Assembly: GCA_044892525.1 (NCBI GenBank)
Contig: CM097885.1
Coordinates: 36,272,001-36,336,000 of the forward strand
DNA: 64,000 nt
Source: Schmidtea polychroa
Taxonomy: Eukaryota
Direction: 5' to 3'
Shown here in pieces: positions 1-18,402 of this stretch. The notes beneath the pieces were generated by a model, which was given only the letters and a program-made list of their open reading frames with translations, was not told where the DNA came from and did no database searches. The first letter of the stretch is position 1, and every line of letters begins with the position of its first letter. The position numbers and the translations under genes are program-made.

Positions 1-305
1 CTTCCTTAGTTATCGTTCTCTAATTACTTGTTTCTGTTGACCCTTTTATTCCCCTTCTTTTTTTTACACTTGTTTATCAGACTGTTTAGCTAATTACTCT
101 CTAAATTCCCAGTTATTTTATTCTTCCTAATTGCCGCGCTCCAGTTTTCTTCATCGCTCGGGTTCTTCATTGGTTCGGATTTCCCATTAGCTTGGTTTTT
201 CCATAAGCCAATTAATTAATTAATTGTTTTTCATATTTGCCTGTTTTTCGACCCTTTTTAAACATTTTCTAACAATTTCTTGCTCATTGTCTTCATCACC
301 ATTCT
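1..305. repeat. Partial inverted, diverged copy of the LTR-like repeat at 8124-9183
   Basis: Reverse complement of about 140-300 aligns by eye with 8385-8570 (e.g. AGCTAATGGGAAA.CCGA.CCAATG.A.AACCCGAG.GATGAAG). Confidence 0.6.
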
Positions 306-308
306 GTT

Positions 309-1620
309 GGCGCTTAGGGTTGTGTCAATCAAATGTTTTAGGATTACTTATGGATTTTGAATCGACTCCTTTCTAAACGCCTTCATGACTATTTTACTTT
401 ATACCATCTGCGTACCCATGGTGACAACCATGTTTGTGATGTACACAATGGCTGAAAATCAATGAGCAGGTGAGCTCTACTGCTAAAACTACTCCTTACT
501 GTATTTTCATTTTCGCGTTCTGGACTGCCAATAGAAGGTCTTACGTCAATGTTCAATATCTATTCCTTTCTTAGATTGTTGTCATTTATTTATTCTTTTA
601 ATTGTGCTCGTCAATACAGGATGTTTTCTAATGTTATTTTCGAAAATTTTGCGCAGAGATCTGTCCTAATTTTCCGATTCATAAATCTTTCTATACTTTT
701 CGAAATACTTGAGGATATTCGACTTATTCTTCGAAATATTTGAGCAGGGATCTCCCTATATTTCTAATTCTGACCTTTTTCAATACTAGTTACTCGAGGA
801 TTCTCTAATATCAGCCAAAGTAAGTCTCTTTTACTCACAATCGATCTTCTTTTTCATATTACTAGCCTAACTCACTATAATACATAAAAGGATGTCAGCG
901 ATCGACTCTACGGAGGCCCTCTATGACAAATCAAATCAGGTAGGTGTTTGGAACTGCCTTTAACCCACAAGATCAGAAGACAGATAATTTCATCTGATCC
1001 TTTGGTAATGGTATATTCCAATCCACCATAACTATTAAAATTACTCAAAAAACATAAATATTTAAACTAGAAACGAAAAATTAAAAAAACTAAATCGAAT
1101 GTAAAGCTTTATTAACTTAAAAGATTTTTCACACAAAACAAACTTAACACAATGACTTAAACCGAAAACTGAGAACATGACAACAAAAAAATTGTGTCTA
1201 AAATTTCATAATAAAAACTTTTTTTTCAAATGAATTTTACGTCAGTATTTATACTGATTTTGAGTGTACGCCTTCACATTCTCTGCCACTATATCCAATT
1301 GGAATGCGATTAATTTTGAATTACTTTACACACATACATGAGTGCATGCGTTTATATTTAATTTAATTAATTGTTCTAAATAATCGAATTATTTAAATAA
1401 TTTTATTTTTTATTACTTTTATTTATCAATTTTAATGGAATTTTTAACTTATTTATTTATAACGTTTTCCTGCTCTTAACGTATGCACTCTTTGCCATAA
1501 CTCCTTCGTGTGTAAATACAAGCTATAATAGCCCTAATTAATTTAATTATGGTCTTTCGTATGTAAATATGACCAACAATCATTCTTAATTTTTTATATT
1601 ATCAATTATTTATTTTATCT
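309..1620. repeat. Unclassified long interspersed repeat (copy 1), continuing at 8026-8123 and 9188-~9280 after two insertions
   Basis: Aligns by eye with 19050-20790 (direct) and 21620-23003 plus 24816-24900 (inverted). An example shared motif is CTAAACGCCTTCATGA...GTACACAATGG.TGAAAATCAATGAGCA. Confidence 0.75.
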
Positions 1621-2264
1621 ATTATTAGTAGTATGTAGTAAGGACTCCAGGACACTTTCAAGGTCATCCCAATGTCCAGATCAAATATAAGTCAATCGAA
1701 TCATTTTATTTATTTATTTTTTTTTTATTTATCTAATTACTTCTATTTAATTTTTTTTTTTTTAAATTTATTAATTAATTATTTTATTATGTTTTTTGTT
1801 TTAATTAATTACTTTAGTTAATTTTCAATTTATTACATTTAATTAATTAATTATTTATTAATATTTTATTTTAATTACTTACTTTATTTAATTGATTTTT
1901 TTTTTAATTTTTTTTTATTTATTTATTTATTTTTTTTTATTTATTATTATTATTATTTTTTTTTTATTGTTATTATTTTACATTTACATTTAATATATTC
2001 TAACAAGAGTGTAAATTGTAACTATAATATTTCAATTTGAATAAAGTTTTAATAATCATAAAATAAAGCTGTGTTAATTTAAAATAAAATGGGCATTAAT
2101 TTTTCAAAACAAAGCAAAGTTTTTCATGATAAATAATAATTCTTACTTAAAACTAATTATCTAAATTAATTGGACAAATGAATTATTAAATGATAAAACA
2201 TATTTTAATTAACGAAGTCAAATAATTCACAATATATATTTTATTATTCACATAAATTTAATTG

Positions 2265-4979
2265 TTAAAGTGCTTGTTTCGATTTGCATTCATTTCTAGA
2301 CATAGCAGTTGCAATATGCATTTGACGAATCTTATAGTGACCGTAGGCATAGCTTTCATTAGAATTGAACCAATACCTTTTATCATCCAAACATTGGAGA
2401 GCTCGTTTTTCTGTAATGAAAGTATACAACTGATGATTAACACTTCCTATTCTCTTTTGTTGGATGCTCACTGTTCCACCATCAGTATACACTTTTTTAT
2501 AGGCTTCATGGGTGATATTAGAATTTGTAAGACTTATTCCTTTGGCTTTTAGAGTGTTTTTATCGCCTTGGAGTGAGTAGCACTTGGGTCGAAGAAACAC
2601 CCATTCTTTATATTGATTTCCTTTATTCTCATCCTTAACTTTCCCGATTACCGAACAAATTTTATCTGAGAACAATGGATCAGTCACTGGATAATTTGAA
2701 GTATCTAGGAGCCCATCGGCAATCATTTTTGGATACAGTTGTAAGCGTAAATCAACATTTTTACACTCTAAAAAGAAGGAATCTGTGTCACCAGCTACGA
2801 TATTAATTTGACAATTGAATTCTTCTCTATAACTCTGTAGTTCTTTATATTGAAACTGGTACATGCGAAGTTTAGATAAATCAAGTACGGTTTGTCCAAT
2901 ATACATTGGTCTATCTAAACACACCATTTCCTTATCAAGTATAACAGCAATGAGATCATCCGCAATCTTGATGCTACGACGAAACATAGGATGACTACAA
3001 TAAGTTATCAATCTTTTGCTTTTGTTGCATAATCTCAAATTTATACGTTTCTTCAAGTTTTCCACAGTTTTACCGTATAAACTGTTGTTCTTTAACTTAT
3101 AATAATCTCGCTGAAACGAATCCGTACTAGCTGCTCTCATTTTGGTATTGTAATCAATATATCCTTTGAAAATAGCCACTTGCTTGAATTCTACAGCACG
3201 ATTAACTTTTGTGACTTTTGCGCCGTAACTCAGCCACTCTGTCAAAACTCTACCATTAACTACATAGTTTTTCTTAGGCTCATGAGTTAACAACAGCTTT
3301 TCAACTTTACTACCAGGCGGATAACAAAGCTCAGGAGCTATAGGTAAATCATCTAGTTTATCTTGTATACTATCAGGAATGACGATGTTAACCTCTAGAA
3401 CATATCCACGATCTCCATCAAACTCATCCCCATTTGCACATCTTTCAACAATACCGTTCATTTCAGTCTGATCATTTATCCATCTAAATTCACCAACAGG
3501 AAGTTTTTGCGACAGCGCCCATCCATATAAATTATTAACATCTAGGTATGACATTTGTGTTGATTCATCAGCTTCAACATGATGTTTGTTGATAAATGTC
3601 ATTCCACCACGAATACCAGCTTCAAATAAACGGTAAAACTCTGGATCTTGAATAAGTTCTACCGGTTCAGGTAACTGTTTAATAGCTGATGCCCAACTTA
3701 ATCCGGGTATGGAAACAAACGATAGAGCCTCAAGTCCATCTTCGTCAAATGTTTTTTCTCTGAAAGCTTCAAAAACATCGGCCAACAGAAAAACATCCAG
3801 CTTGAGATATACTAGCATGTAATCTAGCAGTGTCTCACAGTTGTATTGTTGCCAGATTCGATTTGCATGTATATAATCTTCTTGACTAACTCCCTCCCAA
3901 ATCGGTGGTAATTCTGTTATTGACTGTAAAACATCCATTGATGTAGCCATATCATAAGGAAAAATAGTTTTACAAGTCATCATCTGCGATTCGAAAACAT
4001 CTGAGGTCAGTGGAAGACATGGTAAATTTTTTGATAAATTTGCCAAGCTGCTATTTAAAAATTGTAAAGAATCAATGAATCTAATTCTTCTGCCTTTCAA
4101 TGTCGCTGTAAGTGTGAGAAACTTTTCTGTTGATTGAGGAATAACATTTAAATTCCAATCGGGGAATTTTCCAATTGCATATTTTAATATATGATGAATG
4201 TCATATCCACGAAGATTATGAAATACAACAGGTAAAGACGGATTGATTCTTCTAGCCAAATTACAATCTTGACACGCTGCTCCGAGATATTGACCAGTAA
4301 AATGATCATGATCTCGAACAGGTATATTGATAATCTTTTTACAAAGGTAGCAATGAGTTTGAGTCGTGAATTCTTCCTGCTGTTCCCAAGTGAGTTCCAT
4401 CATTTCCTTTGATCCATTAATTTTATACCACGGATAAACTATGTCTGTAGCTATATCATCCAATGCTTGTATGAACTGAATGATACAGTTTTCCCCAACA
4501 AATGTTTCATTTCGGATCGGACAACCTTGATGAAGAAGCACAAATTCAGATGCAATCGGCTCATGTTTTTGGAAGTGTTTGTCATCTAGAGGTAATATCG
4601 ATTCAAAGTCCGCGTAGACAACAAACTGCTGTTTTATAGTTTTACTCCAGTCTTTAAATTCGATATATTTATTCTCTGGCATTGAGTATAGAGTCGTCCG
4701 CTCCACATTCTTCCTACAAAGACCTATATGTCTTTCAAAAGCAGGACGCTTTCGAAACCCATGAAGACATGTATGACACCATTGTGATTGGATTCTGACT
4801 CCTTCTACTCTATCTCTGTAATTCAGCAGTCGATCGAGATTGGTTACAGCCAAAAAATGATAATTTAATTCTAAAATTTAGTTAATATTTTTAATGATTA
4901 AAAGAAATATTACCTTCTTCAATCAATAGGAGATATATCTGAGATCCCGTCGAAGTACTTCTATATACCAAGTCAACGA
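2265..4979 (-). CDS. Protein-primed family B DNA polymerase (Polinton type), left-arm copy; 5'-truncated; exons 4979-4914 and 4870-2265
   Basis: 862-aa ORF with exonuclease motifs YADFES, FHNLRGYD and YLKLDV, an endonuclease VII-like insert (CYLC...DHDH.TG...AC..CN), and polymerase motifs DVNNLYG, KLKNNSLYGK, GDTDS, PKCYS and KAKGI. A 43-nt GT-AG intron (4913-4871) joins upstream YLLLIEE to ELNYHFLAV in frame. Confidence 0.93.
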
Positions 4980-5032
4980 ATATACAATGTAAATAAACTT
5001 ACAAGATACATGTATTATGTCTGATAATTTAG

Positions 5033-7308
5033 TTAAAATCTGCTTATATAGCATACTGGCCGTATTACATTATGATGACATACTTCGGGATAGAGAAAGA
5101 ACAACAAAATATAACTTAAGTGGTAATATATATATTTATAAATGTCATAAATCATTGAAATTTGTTTTTAAGACTTAAAATGGAAATTTGAATGGTTTCC
5201 GATGAAGTTGGTTAACATTTGCCAATTTGAAGCAATGAATCCAAATCTAGCGATCAATGTTCTCAAATATAATAAAGATCCAATTAAACAAAAAACTAAT
5301 GATATTTTCAAGAATCCGATCGTTGACTTGGTATATAGAAGTACTTCGACGGGATCTCAGATATATCTCCTATTGATTGAATTTATTAAAATATGCAATT
5401 GGAAAATTCCCCGATTGGAATTTAAATGTTATTCCTCAATCAACAGAAAAGTTTCTCACACTTACAGCGACATTGAAAGGCAGAAGAATTAGATTCATTG
5501 ATTCTTTACAATTTTTAAATAGCAGCTTGACAAATTTATCAAAAAATTTACCATGTCTTCCACTGACCTCAGATGTTTTCGAATCGCAGATGATGACTTG
5601 TAAAACTATTTTTCCTTATGATATGGCTACATCAATGGATGTTTTACAGTCAATAACAGAATTACCACCGATTTGGGAGGGAGTTAGTCAAGAAGATTAT
5701 ATACATGCAAATCGAATCTGGCAACAATACAACTGTGAGACACTGCTAGATTACATGCTAGTATATCTCAAGCTGGATGTTTTTCTGTTGGCCGATGTTT
5801 TTGAAGCTTTCAGAGAAAAAACATTTGACGAAGATGGACTTGAGGCTCTATCGTTTGTTTCCATACCCGGATTAAGTTGGGCATCAGCTATTAAACAGTT
5901 ACCTGAACCGGTAGAACTTATTCAAGATCCAGAGTTTTACCGTTTATTTGAAGCTGGTATTCGTGGTGGAATGACATTTATCAACAAACATCATGTTGAA
6001 GCTGATGAATCAACACAAATGTCATACCTAGATGTTAATAATTTATATGGATGGGCGCTGTCGCAAAAACTTCCTGTTGGTGAATTTAGATGGATAAATG
6101 ATCAGACTGAAATGAACGGTATTGTTGAAAGATGTGCAAATGGGGATGAGTTTGATGGAGATCGTGGATATGTTCTAGAGGTTAACATCGTCATTCCTGA
6201 TAGTATACAAGATAAACTAGATGATTTACCTATAGCTCCTGAGCTTTGTTATCCGCCTGGTAGTAAAGTTGAAAAGCTGTTGTTAACTCATGAGCCTAAG
6301 AAAAACTATGTAGTTAATGGTAGAGTTTTGACAGAGTGGCTGAGTTACGGCGCAAAAGTCACAAAAGTTAATCGTGCTGTAGAATTCAAGCAAGTGGCTA
6401 TTTTCAAAGGATATATTGATTACAATACCAAAATGAGAGCAGCTAGTACGGATTCGTTTCAGCGAGATTATTATAAGTTAAAGAACAACAGTTTATACGG
6501 TAAAACTGTGGAAAACTTGAAGAAACGTATAAATTTGAGATTATGCAACAAAAGCAAAAGATTGATAACTTATTGTAGTCATCCTATGTTTCGTCGTAGC
6601 ATCAAGATTGCGGATGATCTCATTGCTGTTATACTTGATAAGGAAATGGTGTGTTTAGATAGACCAATGTATATTGGACAAACCGTACTTGATTTATCTA
6701 AACTTCGCATGTACCAGTTTCAATATAAAGAACTACAGAGTTATAGAGAAGAATTCAATTGTCAAATTAATATCGTAGCTGGTGACACAGATTCCTTCTT
6801 TTTAGAGTGTAAAAATGTTGATTTACGCTTACAACTGTATCCAAAAATGATTGCCGATGGGCTCCTAGATACTTCAAATTATCCAGTGACTGATCCATTG
6901 TTCTCAGATAAAATTTGTTCGGTAATCGGGAAAGTTAAGGATGAGAATAAAGGAAATCAATATAAAGAATGGGTGTTTCTTCGACCCAAGTGCTACTCAC
7001 TCCAAGGCGATAAAAACACTCTAAAAGCCAAAGGAATAAGTCTTACAAATTCTAATATCACCCATGAAGCCTATAAAAAAGTGTATACTGATGGTGGAAC
7101 AGTGAGCATCCAACAAAAGAGAATAGGAAGTGTTAATCATCAGTTGTATACTTTCATTACAGAAAAACGAGCTCTCCAATGTTTGGATGATAAAAGGTAT
7201 TGGTTCAATTCTAATGAAAGCTATGCCTACGGTCACTATAAGATTCGTCAAATGCATATTGCAACTGCTATGTCTAGAAATGAATGCAAATCGAAACAAG
7301 CACTTTAA
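5033..7308 (+). pseudogene. Protein-primed family B DNA polymerase, right-arm inverted copy with internal deletion of about 730 bp and a frameshift
   Basis: 5384-7308 mirrors 4189-2265, and the translations are identical except one A>T. Upstream 5041-5381 encodes N-terminal pPolB-like sequence (CLYSILAVLH...FPMKLVNICQFEAMNPNLAINV...YLLLIE) with a 50-nt GT-AG intron at 5123-5172. Sequence equivalent to 4190-4917 (Zn finger, exo I, endo VII insert, exo II) is missing. Confidence 0.9.
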
Positions 7309-8123
7309 CAATTAAATTTATGTGAATAATAAAATATATATTGTGAATTATTTGACTTCGTTAATTAAAATATGTTTTATCATTTAATAATTCATTTGTC
7401 CAATTAATTTAGATAATTAGTTTTAAGTAAGAATTATTATTTATCATGAAAAACTTTGCTTTGTTTTGAAAAATTAATGCCCATTTTATTTTAAATTAAC
7501 ACAGCTTTATTTTATGATGATTAAAACTTTATTCAAATTGAAATATTATAGTTACAATTTACACTCTTGTTAGAATATATTAAATGTAAATGTAAAATAA
7601 TAACAATAAAAAAAATAAAGAAATAAATAAAGAAATAAATAAAAAAAAAATAATAATAATAATAATAAATAAAAAAAAAAAAATTAAATTAAAAAAAAAT
7701 TTTAAAGAAAAAATAATAATAATAATAATAATAATTAGTTTAATAATTAATTAAAAAAAAATCAATTAAATAACGTAAGTAATTAAAATAAAATATTAAT
7801 AAATAATTAATTAATTAAATGTAATATATTGAAAATTAACTAAAGTAATTAATTAAAACAAAAAACATAATAAAATAATTAATTATTAAATTAAAAAAAA
7901 AATTAAATAGAATTAAATAAATTTAAAAAAAAAATAAATAAAATATTTCGATTGACCTATATTTGATCTTGATATTCCATGACCTTGAAAGTGCGCTGGA
8001 GTCCTTACTACATACTACTATTATTCTTATATTTTCAAGTTGGCAGATTTTTCGTATGCGCTATTTTTCTCTTAACTTTGTTGATTGAAACTTCTTGCGC
8101 TCCTTTGATTTATTATATATGTT

Positions 8124-9183
8124 TGTTGAGGTCCGTAAATTAAAATAAATTTAAATGAAATTTAAGTTAATAATTTAAATAAAAAGTAAGTGAAGAAAAA
8201 AGACAAATAAAAGCGTGATCATGCACAGAATTGATAGAAAAAGAAAGTGTGATGGAAGCAGTATTAGAAAATGCCAAAAGCAATTACAAAAGGCAAGAAT
8301 CCGGAAATCCAAGAAAAATCAATAAATTGAAAAATCATAGAAATCGAATTGGGAAAATGGGACAGGTATAGAGTAGCTAATGGTCAACAAGATGATGGTT
8401 AGGGATTTATCAGAAAATGGTTAGGAATGGTCGAAAAGCGTTCAAATGTGTAAAAACAAAAAAAGTTAATTAATTAAATAATTGGCTAATAGAAAACCCG
8501 AGCTAATGGGAAACCCGAGCCAATGGAAAACCCGAGAGATGAAGGAAACCCGGCTGGGTAAACAAGAAGAAAAGTAAACAGAAGGAAGATTTTGGCCCAT
8601 TAGCTTGACACAATGATTAATTGGAAAAGAGCAAGGAGAAGATAGTGCGTGTAGAAAGGCCGGACGGGCCAATAATTATCTTGGTTCGTTGGACCATTAT
8701 GGGTGACAGCCGAGGCAGATAACTGGAAGCAAATGTCAAGTGAAAGATTGGCTCGGCAATAACCATTTGTCATCCCGATTTCGAGGAGTATATAAGGAAG
8801 GAGAAACTCAGAACAAATCGGCATTTGCCTCAGCTAGGGTTAGAAGAAACCGAGTTAGAAATAGGTAAAAACGAATTAAGGAGATTAGGGAAAAGAAGAT
8901 ATAGAATAGGAATACGAAAAGGTGAAAAAGAATCAAATCAAACAGAAAAAGAGGAAAACGTGGGTCAAGAGAATCTAAAGAAATAAAAGGTGAATATTAT
9001 CTATTTACAAAGCATCAACGCCGAGCGGAGAATCGGTCAAACGTAACTTTGATTATTGATTGTAAAGTGGTGAGAAAAGATTGTGAATTTTGTTATTTCA
9101 ATATATGTTGGGTCGTTATTGTTTTGATTTAAAGGGCACGAGGAGTCAGAGGTACCCAACTTAAATTAACCAAAAACCCAACA
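8124..9183. mobile_element. Probable solo LTR
   Basis: TGTTG...CAACA termini and a 4-bp direct repeat TGTT (8120-8123, 9184-9187). Removing it restores continuity with the homologous repeat at about 20630-20700. No ORF. Confidence 0.65.
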
Positions 9184-10666
9184 TGTTTTATTTATTCTCA
9201 GTGTGTTGTGTACTTTACTTTGTATTATTTGGTGTATAATCATAGATTTTAATTCAAATTGGGCCCTAGCCCAACAATTCCCAAATTTAAACCTCTCTCG
9301 TTTCCCAGTTTCAATTTCAATAACATTTCACTTTGATTCAATTGTCGTATCTGATTGTAATTTTTTACAGTTCTCTTTTTTTCGTATCTTTCTTTGACAT
9401 TAATTCTCTGCTTATTCGCCATTCTCTTTCGTTCAATTCCAGTTTTCTTTATGCTCGAAACTGTTCAATTTTACTTTTACAAACTTAACAAAACTAAAAA
9501 GTATTTTAATAAAATCTTTACTTTTTTTGAAAATAAAATTTTTTATTCAATTAAATATTTTTTAAAAAAACGTACAAAATTGTTATCCTTTTCATACAAG
9601 TTTTCTTTTAAAATTAAAATAAAAAAATTAATATAAAATTTAAAGACTGCTTTCATACAAAAAAATTATTTAACAAACATTAACATTATCTCTGTTGGGG
9701 TTGGGCTTGCTCAGGGAGCAATTTTGAAAGCCAGGCTAGGGTTGTAAATATAAGAATAACAAGTATAAATAATTAATAATTACTAAAAATAGAAATAATT
9801 ACTATAAATAAGTTAGGATAAGAAATAAATACCAGCTGTGGATATTAACTCAAGCTGTCACTCATTTAGAATTGTATAAAAACAGTTTCTCAAATCGAGA
9901 ATTAGAACAGGGAGAAAACTATAAAAGCTATATGAAATCTGAAAGAAAATTAAAGGGCTAATTAAAGGTTATTTGAATTCTATTTGATAATAATTTTGTT
10001 AATTTAAAAATTACACAACCCGACCACGAGAAGCAGCAATTCGGTCTGAATTACTAGTTGGCTTAAAATTTTAGAAAGGGATCACTTTAGGAAACGTTAG
10101 ACCGACCTTGGTCTAATCGATAGTGCAAACTTCGAGAAATCCCTCCATCTTGACCCATTCTTTTATACAGCGCTGAGAGGCATTAGTTCCAGCGTTTGTG
10201 CTTTATCTGAGGACAGTTCGAATAACCGATTTCTTTGCTTAGTATTTAGCGGCATTTATGAGTTACACAATTTTCAATTTTGTATATTTTGTGCATAACA
10301 AATAGATCTTTAAAAAAAGTATCAAAGTCTTGGTTAAATCATATTTATTTATTTATCTATTTACACGCACATATTTTTATATCTTTTGAGTCAGATATAG
10401 TCTGTGTTAGGAAGAATCTATCCACCAGATCAGAACCTCACATCCCCACTAAAAACTATACAACGTTAAATTATTTAAATACATTCAAAATCCTTGTAGA
10501 CTGTGGACTTTAAATATTAATCAGAGGATTTAACGATCTAATATGCAACGCCTCGCACTTTACTCGTTCCCAGTAATTACTCAAATTTTTAGCCAAAATC
10601 TAAAAATCAGAAATATTTAGTTATATGCAATGTTATACTTAGTTGGCGTTTTTCAAAATTATTAAT

Positions 10667-10693
10667 TTTATTATTTTTATTATAATTATTATT

Positions 10694-10724
<31 letters not shown>

Positions 10725-10730
10725 TTATTA

Positions 10731-10814
<84 letters not shown>
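10667..10814. repeat. (TAT)n microsatellite
   Basis: Direct inspection; source of the spurious poly-I and poly-N ORFs. Confidence 0.97.
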
Positions 10815-10816
<2 letters not shown>

Positions 10817-12103
10817 CCTAATGTTATAGATAGAGCGTTCGTAAGAATAATCAAGATCGAATTTCAACTTCTAGGTGAGTTTCGTTAAATTTTTAAATAT
10901 AATAATATAAGCGCGAGCCAAAACTTTCATCTTCCGGCAACCCTACTTTCTACACCACATATTCGCTCTGCATTGACCCAGGAAATGTTTGGAAATATAG
11001 TAGACCCTGCACCGTCCCTTACTTTTGCTTTAACTCAATTTCTCACGGCATTTAAGATGTTCAGTATTTTCATTAGCCTATGTATGGCAGCAAAAACAAA
11101 CACAAGCAATATTATATATTAATAATTATATGTAATCAGAGGCCAACTTGCGAGATTTCATTTCAACTCTATTAAAGTTTTCTCAGGCCATGAATTTAGT
11201 AGAGTTTCAATAATATATTTTCTGCAATATGTCAAGCAGTTAATGTAAAACTCCAAAAACCAGATTAAATTAATTTGAGCAATTACTATCATAACATTAA
11301 AAGATTATATCCTAAATGTATGATGAAAGAAGGCATTTTAGGAGAAATGTTAAGTTTTTGTTTCATGTTAAAATTGTTGGGTTATTGGGTTGGTAATAAA
11401 ATTAAAATTCTTACTATGACTCCAAGCGTGTCTTTGACTGATCCAGAAATAACACTTGACAACAGAAATCCTGATTGGTAATCACAAAAAACTTTCACTT
11501 TACACTGACAATCAATTCAACACTCTGCTTGGTGACTATACAATGCTTATTACAACACTCAGTGAGGAATAGCACTTGCGTATAACACCGTATTGAAAGA
11601 TCACTAATTACTGATTGGTTTAAATAAATTCATTTTAAAAGCTATATTTACATGACAATTTATTGAATCACACCATTTTTGAAAATTAACCATAAACCAC
11701 CGAAAATTCATAATAAATACGAAGATTTAATTTTAATAGAAATATTTTTAAAAATGAAAATTTAATAATGAATGAAACTTTTAACTTACCAACTGTCCAT
11801 AATGAGTATATTTCTAGGCTTTGGTATAGAATTTCATTTTCGCCACATTTAATGTTTTTACTAAATCTTTGAAAAGAGGATATAATTGGCTTAATAATTT
11901 TTTTAAATTATGATAATATATACTTAATTATATAGATAGTATTTTCATCAATTATTTCACAGTTGATAATTCCGATAATTTAATAAGTAAATAATAGAAA
12001 CAACGACATGAATGATATATTATGAAAAGTTAAATTCCTTGCTTATAAAATCTCACAGAAAACCGATGAAAATGTCAATGTAAGAATGGAATATGAATGA
12101 TGC

Positions 12104-18402
<6,299 letters not shown>

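Larger units (their letters stand above)
1627..8019. mobile_element. Palindromic, non-autonomous Polinton/Maverick derivative carrying only two inverted pPolB copies
   Basis: Left end AGTAGTATGTAGTAAGGACTCCAG at 1627 is the exact reverse complement of the last 24 nt ending at 8019. Flanked by 6-bp direct repeat ATTATT (1621-1626, 8020-8025). AG...CT/(AGT)n termini and a 6-bp TSD are Polinton hallmarks. Encodes protein-primed PolB. The interrupted host repeat resumes at 8026. Confidence 0.92.

Noticed and set aside
2258..2552. Small ORFs overlapping pPolB (also 7021-7315)
   Set aside because: Antisense or alternate-frame shadows, duplicated only because of the palindrome.
4989..5032. Possible third 44-nt GT-AG intron in pPolB
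   Set aside because: It has the right size and boundaries and would remove a stop, but only about 9 nt of upstream exon survive, so homology cannot confirm it.
1627..8019. Palindrome as a pure sequencing or assembly fold-back artefact
   Set aside because: The TSD, distinct termini, asymmetric deletion, point differences between arms and the host repeat resuming on the far side all argue that it is real. Raw-read confirmation is still needed.
9800..10600. Possible Penelope-like RT remnant on the minus strand (KKSVIRTVL...)
   Set aside because: Too degraded; no catalytic motif recognised.
10607..10888. Poly-Ile and poly-Asn ORFs (also 16648-17235) and poly-IY ORFs near 29000, 38400 and 41000
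   Set aside because: Translations of (TAT)n and (TA)n microsatellites.
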